Positions 51,219 through 64,000 of a DNA stretch of 64,000 nt are shown in pieces. Source of the DNA: Chrysomallon squamiferum (taxonomy: Eukaryota; Animalia; Mollusca); assembly GCA_012295275.1 (NCBI GenBank), contig CM022670.1:8990001-9054000 (forward strand), written 5' to 3'. How positions within the stretch are numbered: position 1 is the stretch's first letter; the number at the start of each line of letters is the position of its first letter. Made by a program: the position numbers and the translations under genes. The notes beneath the pieces are model-generated. The model worked only from the letters and a program-made list of their open reading frames with translations. It was not told the DNA's origin and made no database searches.

Positions 51219-54050
51219 ATAATAAATAAAAAACAAACAAACAAAACAAAAAAACCCTACAACAACAACAACAACGGGAGCGGTGCAAGATGACTCAGAA
51301 AACAGAAATGAGAACTAAAACTTAGACCTATCTGCACCGTTATAGTATTTCTCTGACAATCTTTGATCGATATTTTTGATACAGATCAAAGACGTATCAA
51401 ATCGCCTTTTGCTTTTAAGTGTCTGCTATCAATAGCAACACGCCAAGACGATAATATCAATAAATTAATTGGAGACAAATTAACGAGAAACAGGCTGAAT
51501 TTAGAATGCCTCTCCAAATCTGACTGCGTTACGTTCACGAGATGACGTATACAAAAAAACATTAAATAAAATTGAAAAAAAAAAACGAAGATTTTTCCGT
51601 GAAAGGTAAATTACACGCGCTTCCTTTTTCCCTAGTGAAAAGTCGAAGTTAATTTCGTGTGATTAGACATTCTGAGTTCTTAGAAGTCGAGCACGGTATT
51701 GTTTCGTGGGGGGCTGCAGAAACAATGGTTTGGCATTTCAAGTAGAAAAAAAAAGATTAATTAATTTCATTTTTTAAATCCAGTCTGTTATTTTCGTTTT
51801 TGTCTGAAAACCTACCGAGCAGAATATATTATTATTATTATTATTATTATTATTTAAAAACTGTATTGCTGTTTAAGAAATTTTAAACAATTATATTTGT
51901 GATGATGATGATGATGATGATGATGACGACGACGACGATTATGACAACAACAATAATGATGATGTACAATAGGAGACTGGTAATGTTGAATTCACGTACT
52001 TCCTTTGTTCAGAACAAAAATATATTAGTGATAGTATTTTAAAACCCATGCAAAATGTTTTATGTTGTTTTAAATAAACTTGTTACGCGTTTCAAAATAC
52101 TTGCATACAAAATTTATAAAATTCTTGTTCTAACACTAAACCAGTCGTTTGTCAGTGTTGAAAATAAATGTACGCCCATTAAAGAATGGGAACAGTCAAC
52201 AGTACGAATAGTGTTTGGAAAAATTCAAATTCAGTGTACATTAGATCGTTATATCTGTCCTCAAGGAATTTAGAAATTAGAATACATTACATTTAACCCA
52301 AACTTCGTCTTTTAGAAATAACGGCAGGTCTGTTATTAGTGAAACTTGAAACCCTGCCCCGGGGTAGGAGATCGCCTGGAAATTTTCGATTCGATCACAT
52401 TTGTTAAATTTGTCTGACAGTCGCTGATGAAAATATTACAAAATAAAGATCGCATTCAGAGATATTATAAAGAAAAAAGAAAGAAAGAAAATAACAAACA
52501 AACAATAAAAGACAAAGATGATATATAAAAACAAAATGATACAAAAAAAAAAAACAGAAGAAGAAGAAATTTATCGGATCAGGAATGAAATCTTATTTTG
52601 TGCAAATTTAATTCATTACCATAATTCGAGGTTCAACAATAGACAGTCTTCTATATTTAGATTATACAAACATTAAAAATGATATAAAAGCAAAATGATT
52701 AGTAAGACAATCTTTCGTAATTTTGTAATATTGAAATATTAAATTATAACCTTGAAGAAATTCTGTACACTGTTTTAATATAACAACGAATCCAACAATA
52801 CTAAAGACACAGCTGTATTTTTGGATTATGCTAAGCTTAAGAATTAGTCAAAAGCAATATTATTATTAAAAAAAAAAAAGCAATGCCAAGAAATTTTATA
52901 ATCTTAAAATATTAAATCGAAGCTTATAGAAATTCTTTAAATTTTATAAGCTTTCTGGGAATAAAATTAATGAAAATATTAAATCAATTATCGTATTAGG
53001 AATAGATTTGAACGTTTTTTTCCTTTTATTATTATTTTTTTTTTTTTTTAGAGGAAGATAGGATGTCCAGTAATGATTTCCTCTGTTTTAAACAAATTAC
53101 AAGGTAATGAATATTGATATTTAATTTATTTACTTAGTTACGTATTTACTAATATACTTACTTATTATTTACTTATCTTTATTTTTTTACTATATATATA
53201 TATATATACTTTCTTCTTTCTATCTTTCTTTCTTTTTAGTATCTTTTATTTATTTTTTATTTTTTTTAAATACTATTTCTTTGCTAATTCATGTCTATTT
53301 CGTTAATAATTAAGAGGAAGAAAACAAAATCAATATTATTACGCCAATATATTTTGCTGTCACGACCAAATATATATTTAATTAACGAAGAATTTTATTT
53401 TTTTAATTTTCATATATAAATTCTATTATAACTGTTCCTGCCTAGGAGTTGTCGTGTTTGTAAATTTATTTTCGCTTCACTGTAATTAAACGATATTTCC
53501 ATTTCAAGTTCATACACCAATAAAAACGAGAACGGCAGTGTGCCAGAAACCATCTAGAAAAAAAGGAATTTTTATTTCTAATATCTGAAGCATTAATAAT
53601 ACTTATTCTTTAATGGGTGGTTTTGAACAAAGGGGGCCGGTAAAAATAATAATTATCTATATTTAATGAAAGGATTTCTCGACTGTAGAAACCGCGGGGG
53701 AAAAAAATTCAGTAGCAAGAAACCGCATGGAATCAGATTGTTTAGTTATCGAGTTGCAGTGACATAAATCTCCATATTCTCATTCAGTTCTCCTCGGTTT
53801 TTTCTTTTTGTTCTATTTTTAGTTTGTTTTTGTTGTGGGTTTTTTTTTTTAAAAGGAAGGAAAAAACACACAGACTAACAGGCAGACTCACATATACCCG
53901 CACACACACACACACACACACACAACACCAACATAAATACAAAAATATTATATATATATTTTTGTATTTGCACTAACAGCAAAATAATAAATCGTAACAA
54001 AACTGCAAGGTGACCATTTCCTTTAACAAAATATAACAGGAAATGTCAAC

Positions 54051-54098
<48 letters not shown>

Positions 54099-56114
54099 GC
54101 TTTCATTTAACAATCATTTCGTAAGGTATAAAACAAATCCTGTTTAACAATCAAGTGTAGAAGCCTAAGTAATTTCTTCAAATAGGTCAGAAAAAAAAGA
54201 GAAAAAAAACGAACAAAATTAATGACGTTAATTTAGCTTTAATCTTCTTATTGTGAAGTCAATTGTGAAGTAGTTAGTCCGCCTCTCACTAATTTCTGTG
54301 AACAGAAAAAAAGCCTAAGAACAAGATCTGTGACATCTGTTTAGCCTTAATCTTCGTTCAGCTGGGATATTTGTCAAGTTACTAGAGTTTGTATTGTTCC
54401 ACGGACTCCAGCTATATCGAGCGGCTTCATGAATCACCGCGTGACAAACGGGAAACTCATTTTCTAATATTGTTGGCACTCAAAACAACCGGGAAAAGCG
54501 ATAATTACGTGGCGATTAATATTACGACCAGTTTCAAAAATAGAATAGACAGAGGAAGCGTGCCCGAGTGTAAGAACAGACCAAGATAATGTATGGTCCA
54601 AATATAGCAGGTTTGTAACCGTTATTTTGATTGGTTGATTTTGGATTTTTAAATGGCTCCATATAAGGTGGAATGTTTTGGATAGGATTTACAACAGCTA
54701 GCTCTGATTAGCACGTTAATTTTTTTCATTCATTCATTCATAGGATTTATTAATTATAAGCAATGAGCCACTGGAATCTTTCAAGTGCCAACGTATTATT
54801 CATAGATAAGAATGTGTCAAAATTATATTTTATTTGGTTGTGTATTATTAGACAATTTAAAAATAAAAAAATAAAAAATTAAATTTTAAATTTAAATTAT
54901 CTCCTGGTACCATTCAAACAAGATAAAAATAACTTCAGTGGTTTTAGTTACAATAATAATTAAAGCATTTCAATAAAGTATTAGAAATAAAAATGAATCC
55001 GTCTTTGTTACATCTCTTTGTACGCTTTAGACACGATACATATTTTACTTCTGATAATTACGTCCATGCAACAAATTACTAGGCTTGGTTACAAACACAT
55101 TTCGTGCTCTGCACGTTGAGAGAGCAAACATCGAATTACGAAAATATTATCGATATTTTATGTGAATCTAATCTTCGCCTTATCTTGCACTGACGTTATG
55201 CAGAAACACAAAACACCACAGTTCTTGTATTCCGAGAATTACAGAAAACATTGCATTAATTTCCGTCCTGTATTAAAAACTGCTTAAGAAAAATATGCAA
55301 ATTTATTAATACTAATATGCATGTATATACATACTGCGTACGTACAACATTCATAATGCATATATTTACGTACATACGTACGTGTTCTCGTACACATGTA
55401 AACGAATACAGACGTACACACGTATTAACATACATACATACGTACTAATAAGCATACATCACATACATTACATATATATATATATATACAAACACGTACA
55501 TACACACTTACATAATTATATGCACACAGACAGATACAAAATACATGTACATTATATGAAAAAAAGCTCTCTCTCTTTCTCTCTCTGTCACACACACACA
55601 CACACAAACACACACATTTACATATACATTTATATACATACATGCACATGCATATGCACATACCGATATCCATTCCCATAATACCCATACATGCATGCAT
55701 ATACATACATACATACATACATACATACATACATACATACATACATACATACATGTATGCTTGCATACATATACACACTAACATAAATACAGATACGTAC
55801 ATATATACTACATACATACATGCACACACACACAGGAGATAAACCGGAATCAAAACAAGAATCTGCAAGACTTATCCATCATTTACAACTGCCTCACCCT
55901 CATTGCCACACCCCACTATGCCACACCCCGTGCCCGGCTTGCACCGATCGTAAGAACTGATTACGATGATTTCACAGAACCCTAACAGTGGTAATTACAA
56001 CGTGATTAAACATGCCTAATTCCGTGTTACCATGTAAAATCAGCAGACAGATAAACCATTAGAGCTGATCAATTTTGCCGCTATCTGCCATTAGTACATT
56101 AACGGAAAAATTTC

Positions 56115-56128
56115 GTTACCATGGAAAC
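56115..56128. promoter_or_regulatory. RFX X-box GTTACCATGGAAAC
   Basis: Matches GTTNCCATGGNAAC. Two tandem TGCCACACCCC (KLF-type) sites lie nearby at 55904-55929. Confidence 0.5.
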
Positions 56129-56427
56129 GTATCAACAAACAGACTTCCCGAATAAAGCCAGAATAAACAAGGGAGAGAGAGAGAGAGAGAGAAAGAAAAG
56201 TATTTTGAACGTAGATGACAATGGAGATGACAGTACTCGTGGTCAAAGCAAACATACGAGAGCCACGTTCATCAGACGCTGAATAATGCATAAACAACAT
56301 AATGCATGTTTGGTTCATTAGATGCGGATTATTTTTGAAAGCCCGAAATGCAACAGTAATTGAAGTCCGTATCTGCTGTTGATAATTATTTCTGCGAGTG
56401 TACTGAACAGATAATATTATTAAATGT

Positions 56428-56460
<33 letters not shown>

Positions 56461-56625
56461 GCTAAGTAATGCAAATCAATGAATATTTTATTTTCAAGGT
56501 GAAATATTGTTAATAAATGGTGTTGTGTATGTTGTGTGTGCGTTTTTATGGATCCGAGTATGGATGAGTGCGACAGATATATTTTTTTAAAAGAGAGATA
56601 GACGGACAGACAGGCAGACAGACAG

Positions 56626-56722
<97 letters not shown>

Positions 56723-56738
56723 TATGGATGGATGGATG

Positions 56739-56825
<87 letters not shown>

Positions 56826-56927
56826 GGATGGATGGATGGATGGATGGATGGATGGATGGATGGATGGATGGATGGATGGATGGATGGATGGATGGATGGA
56901 TGGATGGATAGATAGATAGATAGATAG
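56626..56927. repeat. Compound (GATA)n/(GATG)n microsatellite
   Basis: Alternating blocks of GATA and GATG over about 300 nt. Confidence 0.97.
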
Positions 56928-56967
56928 ACGAAGTATACGGACACATGGGTGACTGGATGGATGAATG

Positions 56968-57004
<37 letters not shown>

Positions 57005-57344
57005 GTGCGCACGCACCGCACATACGTTTGCAGCTATGTATTATTAAATTACTGACACAGAATAGCCTTTTTATTCCACTATGCGAGATAAGAAAAAATT
57101 AAATTTTTAACTCTGGTTACACTGTTTGCCTTGATACCAGTTTTAAGCTCTGTTTGTGCTTTATCTAGAGCCTGTCGAGAGTTAAACTTGTTGTACTTAC
57201 TTCAGACAATAGTTTGAAAACGTTATTACAGCCCAGATCTGATAGCGTACCTACTAATACGTCAAATCACGTGTTTCACGTCTGCGATAAGAATTCCGTT
57301 ATTTTACATATATATTTATTTATAATAAATTTATTTCAACAAGA

Positions 57345-57389
<45 letters not shown>

Positions 57390-57462
57390 GAATATAAATA
57401 AACACAAAATACAATTTAAAAAAAAAAAAAAAAAAAAATGTTCTTCTTCTTTTTATATTATT

Positions 57463-57510
<48 letters not shown>

Positions 57511-57845
57511 TGTGTGTGTGTTTTAACATATATAAATCTGATTTTTCTATGCTAGTCAGCGTATATGACATTTTTATAACATGAACCTGGAAAGTATTTT
57601 GTTACGTTCATTCAAAATAAAAACGTATTCAATACGCCTGTCAAACTTCACAGGCTGTATTGATATCTTACTGAAAGAGAGAGAGAGAGAGAAAAAAACT
57701 CGTTTCTCTTGAAGTTCATAATCCTTTTGACGCCGTGAAAATGACAGAAAATATTTATCTTCAGTTACTAAAAGAAGGTTTTGAGCTCTTCAAGGCTTTT
57801 TTTCTTTTATACTTTTTCTTTCTACACGTCTACATTACTTTTCTT

Positions 57846-57882
<37 letters not shown>

Positions 57883-58188
57883 CTACTGAAGAAGTAATAA
57901 GCAAGTGTAATGTGATATACACTCCCTTTCATGGACCTTATTAAGTATTTTACGTTAGTGGTTAATAACAATAAGCTGCCTGAAACGATTGATATTTTCC
58001 AGGTCAGCCGTAGAGAATTACAGGGAGAAGACTGTATGACAGTCTTTTACGTGAATCACTGAAGATAATTATGTAATGTTCAGGAAATGGGTTATCTTTT
58101 TATTTTTTGGCTTTATTATATTTTATTTTATTTATTTATTTATATTTTTATTTATTTATTTTATTAATTAATTAATTAATTAATTAAT

Positions 58189-58219
<31 letters not shown>

Positions 58220-58313
58220 TTAAATTTATTTATTTATTTTGGCTTGTTTCTTTTTTCGGTTATATAAAATAACAAATTATACTTCCTGGATAACTATAAG
58301 AACGTACATATAC

Positions 58314-58386
<73 letters not shown>

Positions 58387-59441
58387 AAAAGATAAATATA
58401 TAGACTGACAGAGACAGATATAAAGACAGACAAACAGTCAGAAGGATAGATAGACTGACATACCGACAGATAGACAGACTGACAGACAGACTGATGGACG
58501 GACAGATAAATACACACTTACAATAGAGAGACGTTTCATAAATAAACGAATAAAGTGCCATGAACAAATGGATGGAACAACGACTACGCAATATGACTCA
58601 ACAAGACAGACAAAAGAAAAGACTTTCATGCACTGACATCCAGGTGAACGTTGCTAAGAGACACTCAACATAAAACAGGTGCCAATTCAATTATCACTTC
58701 AACGTCCCAGTATTTCAACAGGTATTTCACACAGTGCACTGTCGGAACGTTTGTGTTAATAGCCTTTCGCCGTTTGTAATGACATAAATACACCGTTATA
58801 TATTAGAATATGGCGGCACGGTTATGTAATCCGTACCAACCAATATGGCTATTTCCATAAAAAGAAGTTTATTGACGCTAAGAATAAAAACCTTTAAAAT
58901 TTGACTGTCAGTCGACGGTGAATACTTATGCCTGTTCTGAGTAAGGTGACTATTTTGGTAACACAAAAGAAAAACCGATACCAGTGAAATGTTGTTTTAT
59001 CTTCTATGAGACGAAAATATCTGGGCCAGTGAAAAATATGGATACTTTTATATAGATTCTCTTTGAAGTTTAATAGTCACTGATAACTTCTTTTCAATGA
59101 TTATTTGAAAATATATTTTATTTATTATTTTACTTATTGTTATTATTGCTTCTGTGCTTATTATTTATTTTATTTGAATAATATTTTTTATCTCTCGCGC
59201 TTATTTATTTATTTATTTATTTATTTATTATTGCACTTATTTATCTTTTAATTATACATCCTTTTCACATTAATTTTAGTATTTCTGTAACTAAGTATAC
59301 ACATAAATTATAATATTTTAAAATATATACAGCACACACACACACACACACGCACGCACGCGCACAGCTAACAATACTTTTTTGCAATAAAACTAACACG
59401 CAGGCGAGTTTTAAAAAGTTAATATATATCTTTTATCTTAC

Positions 59442-59633
59442 CTCTGAAGATTTTATTGACACCGATCGCCTGGAGGTCACCATCCTGCTACCAAATCCAT
59501 CGGGATCCATGGATGACCTGTAGAGACCCCCGGGCGCTTTAAAATGGCGGTTCACCCTCTGTAACCTTCCCCTGCGGTCCTCTAGGCGCGGTGACGTCCC
59601 CACGGGCTCGATAGTTTGAAAACTCCCCAACAT
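59442..59633 (-). CDS. Candidate distal first coding exon (MLGSFQTIEPVGTSPRLEDRRGRL...SIKSSE, 64 aa), probably of the coiled-coil gene
   Basis: GC-rich island, GCG-ATG with an in-frame stop upstream, donor GAG|gtaaga at phase 0, compatible with the acceptor at 39218. The assignment is by phase and strand only. Confidence 0.62.
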
Positions 59634-62263
59634 CGCGACGCTCACACAACTTCAATGCAGAAACATCAATAATAATAATAACAATAACAATAACAATAAT
59701 AATAATAATAACAATAATGATAATAATAGTAACAATAACAACAATAATAATAACAATAACAACAACAGTAATATTAATAAAAATAATAACTAGCTGAAAG
59801 CCTGATGTTTTTTTTTTTTTTTGGCAGCTTCAGACAATAACGGATATTTTCTGCTGCTTGAAAGTTCTATAATTATTAAGGTTGAAATCCACTTTAAAAA
59901 AAACAACGAAACTGTATTTTGTGTAACGTAATATGAACTTCCTCAGTTTCCTTTATCCATCATCACACATGACAAGCTCTAATCACAGAGCTGAATCACT
60001 GGCAGTTTTGTTTGAACAACACTGCGTCTGAACTTCGCTATCCTCGCGTTGATTGGTTCCATCCGCTGTCTGCCATCGTATCTTCCCTTCTAGAACTTCA
60101 TTGAACACGTGACGGCGTACTCAGCAAACTACCTCAGATTACATGGATCCTCGATCTAGTGAACAAACTGTTGGTAAAAATGGAAATCAGAAACATTTGT
60201 TGTTGTTCTTGTTGTTCTTCTTTCAACTGTGCAGGTATCGATTTCGGTTACAATTACGTGGTAATTTTGAATTACTTTTAAGTATACGCAAACTGAGAAT
60301 CGTAATATAATCACAAATTATTCCTCGGGGATTGGGCTATACCTGCATTAGCACTTAGCAGCGATTTTGCGAAAAATTAGTTATCAATATTTTAATGGTC
60401 TCAATAATGAAAAGCTCTGATCACGCTGAAACAATGGCTACAGCTGAGGCGAAGAAAATATAATTAGATATCCTTTAGTTTGACATTTACATATTTGTTT
60501 TTTCAACCTATTATTTCCTCAACCTTTTTTTTTTTTTTCAACCTATTATTTCCTCAAGTAACAAAGCCGAGAAGAACTATTTTGTCGGGTCAGATTTACG
60601 TAACAATGAAAAAAAAACAAGTCCTTTCATTTTATAAAGTCGTACCAAAATAATTAGACAGTCGTTGACGAAAACAAAAACTGAATTTTTCTCGTAAATT
60701 TCACTTGAAACAATAGATATATTATTTAAAAATATAAATAACTTCTTGTGATAAAATCAGTTTTCGTTCTTTCTTCTTTTATTTTTTTTTAAATTTCAAA
60801 TTATTATTTTTATTTATTGATTTTACTTTAATAAACGTTTCTAATATAATCCACGTTTTAAACTATACAGGCACACAAGGTTTCTGGATTATTTTAGATG
60901 TATAATGGAGATTATTGTAGTATTATTATTGGTGAAAAATTACCTCAACTGAAGAAACGGTTTTCTGGACTAATTAATCGAAAACAAAGTACACAGTCGA
61001 CACGTTTTGTCCGTGCTGTCGATAAATCCAGTTCATACATTTTTCAAAAATCGTTTACCAGCGAACTGCTTTCCATGAAAAATTTACAACGTAATTACTT
61101 TTCTTAATCATCTTTCTCGGACTTTTCATTGAAGCATTACTTGGTCCACAGGGTTTATGCTTGTAAAAATCCGTGTACAAAGTTAATTTGTTCCTCGGCG
61201 AAATGATTAGAAAATTCTCGAAATAAATATTAATCCGTGTTTCATCCATACAGAGATAGCCAGTGATTTCGCGAATTCACCATGTACGAGAAACTAAAAG
61301 ATTCTTCGTTTTCGATTTATTGTTTGAGAAATCCTTTTTACATCCCTTTACTCCGAGATCTTCTGTCAACGAAGGTGAAATGGAAATGGAAATGGAAAAA
61401 AATTAACGTGCTAATCAGAGCAAGCTGTTGTGAAGCACGTACGAAGGTGAAAACGTTTATAACAAATTTGTATTAGCTATCAGCTGTCCGTTCTCTTCAC
61501 AAAGCACGTGACCTTGTTTGTAAGATACTCCAGTCGTCCACGTCCACAGGTTGCAAACTAAGCCAACCAGACAGTAGTAGTGAATGCCAGTATTTAACCA
61601 CGAGACCAAGGTTTTCCATCCAGGTAAACAATACCTCTCTGCAATAAAACTAATACGGGCGACGAGTTTTTTCAAAAGTTGTTACGACATATTTAGTGTC
61701 GTTCTCGTTGTAAAGATTTACTAGCTCTGGCAAATGGGCCGCGTATGTGTGCTATTTTATTACAAATCAGTTTTAACTCTGTGCACATTCTGACACTGGT
61801 TGACGCGTCGCTAAGACGGTTTCGTCAAGGAAATCGACAACCAAATTCATCCATTAACAGTTAATTGTTCGTTATCGATTGGCCACTGGTCATTTATAAC
61901 TCTAAGCTGTTGTCCGTGAATGTACAGAAGGAAGAAAGAAAAAGAAAGAAAGAAAAAAAAACACACAGAGCAAAAGCTGTTAAGTAAATTGAATGTTATC
62001 CACATTTCTACAAGTCTCTTTAGTACGATAAGAATACGATATGTTAAACAAACATTAAATCAAGATGTTTATAAATAGAGTAACTAAGCCTGAAAAGTGA
62101 ATATTGTTTTCCTGCATTTCCTGCATTCCCCAGCAAGAAACGGGCAATATATTTAAAATAAATAAATAAATGATAATATTACAAAAAAATATTATTATTA
62201 TTATTGTTATTATTACTTTTGATTTATGTATTTATCGATTGTGCATGCTGATATATTTTGCCC

Positions 62264-62296
<33 letters not shown>

Positions 62297-62583
62297 CATA
62301 GAGCAATAAAAATTTGTATTCATTGAAGTGTGTGTCATATATACAAAATACAACGACAATCATTTTCCCTGACCACGCTAAGTACAATACAAAATACAGA
62401 ATAAAGTGCCTGGACAAACAAACGTGCGGACACGGATCCGTGGCCACAACAGAAATATGAGAATAAATATCACTGACAATAACTGTGATTAATATTTCAG
62501 CATTGATAGTGGAACCTGTCAAAATAACATTAAATAACTGGACGTTCTGAAGTTTATTTCCGTCAAATTCATTCTTCTTTCTT

Positions 62584-62622
<39 letters not shown>

Positions 62623-63545
62623 TTAATTTATTTATATTTGATAGTACAAGTTTTTAAAAAAACAGATGAATAAGTGCTATCAATGAAAAGGGAATAATAT
62701 TTATTTATTTATTTGTATTCCCAAACTATAAAGTGTATGGTGAGGAAAAGAAAATGATAATGAGATAAAAAGAAAAAAAAGAAAAAAAGGTGAATATAAT
62801 TCTGAAGATTAAGTCGATTATATTTATAAGCGTAAATACCGTATAATAAAGATCTGTTTCACTTCATTAAGAACTGAAGTATTTTTTTCCCTATTTTTTT
62901 TATTTTTATATTTTTTAAAATATTTTTTAAAATATTTGTTAAATTTATTTTAAAGTTATTATTACCAATTTATTTATTTATTATCTTTTTTTATCTTTAA
63001 TTTTTAAATTTTTTTTAAATGTTTTAAATTGTTTCATTATTTATTTATTTATTTATTTTTATCTTATTGCGGTCAAGTACATTTGAAATACACTTACAAT
63101 AAAACGCTTGGCAACTACTCATTACAGGTGTATCAACAATTTCTTCGAACACCGAAGTTCCACAGTGGTAAAAAAACCAACAAAAACCCCCTCTAATTCA
63201 ATTAATTTGAAACTGAATATTTCCTTCCACTTATAGAGAGCGATAGTGACAGCTCAGGCCTGTTTTTCTTTGCACTGACGTCATGTGATTATTAACTATT
63301 ACGTTTTTACGACACTAGTCATGTGAGGGTAAAGTTTATGACTAACGTTTGACACCTACAAACTCGAAACGAGTGGATTTATGTTGCACTGGAATTTTTT
63401 TTTTCTCTTCTAATTTATGAGCTAATGATATATAAAGGAAAATTTGTTACTGAGTGCTTTATTTAACGTAGAAGCGATTTGTGTAAGTCAATGTATTAAA
63501 TAAATAAAATAAATAAATAAATAAATAAATAAATAAAATGAATAA

Positions 63546-63936
63546 ATGTAGGCCTACTGGCTGGGACAACAATAACCCAGTAAGAGAATCGAAGATAATT
63601 GATCCAATAATTTATTATTATTATAATTTTTTTTTTTAATATATATATTTTTTTTTTTTTCACAATTCTTTATATCCTTGTACAAAGTTCTAAAAATATT
63701 TTAATTATACTCATTATTTGGAAGAAACTTTATATATAACGAAAACATCAAATCAAGATAACATATTTGTATTGGCCCGTGTAACTAACATCTACGTTTA
63801 TACAACTGATAAGACTAACTGTCGTTTCTATGGGCGAGTTATAAAGTCCAGCAGGCCTGAGGAACAGCTGGTTATTGGATCAATTATCCTCGATTCTCTT
63901 ACTGGGTTATTTCTGTTCCAGCCAGTAGGCCTACAT
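63546..63936. repeat. 65-bp inverted repeat pair (63546-63610 / 63872-63936), MITE-like or an inverted SINE-head duplication
   Basis: The arms are reverse complements with 4 mismatches in 65 nt, separated by a 261-nt AT-rich spacer. Confidence 0.88.
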
Positions 63937-64000
63937 CACGAGTGATTTATCAAAAAACTTGTTGTATGTCTGCAGAAAAAGCATAACAAAGATCTTTGCT

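Overview
AT-rich, microsatellite-dense animal genomic DNA with spliceosomal GT-AG introns, probably a mollusc/gastropod (inferred from gene content and recalled SINE similarity). It is not prokaryotic, and I found no CRISPR array, rRNA or intact tRNA. Three genes can be rebuilt by hand from splice phases. (1) A minus-strand otopetrin (OtopLc-like) proton channel, ATG 25584 to stop 773, with 9 core coding exons, about 809 aa, several candidate alternative N-terminal exons, and an apparent +1 frameshift at about 2806. (2) Plus-strand ANAPC10 (APC10/DOC1), 3 exons, 187 aa, whose exon 2 acceptor is preceded by A18 instead of a polypyrimidine tract. (3) A minus-strand uncharacterised coiled-coil protein with a 1.4-kb terminal exon (37788-39218), two phase-compatible candidate first exons, an in-frame duplicated acceptor and several RFX X-box motifs. 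The rest is introns and intergenic DNA with microsatellites, two minisatellites, decayed SINE-like fragments, a 65-bp inverted repeat pair and a 107-nt hairpin. I found no clear novel multi-gene system. The best leads are splicing and regulatory anomalies and the unknown, possibly ciliary, coiled-coil gene. All models are manual and lack transcript support.
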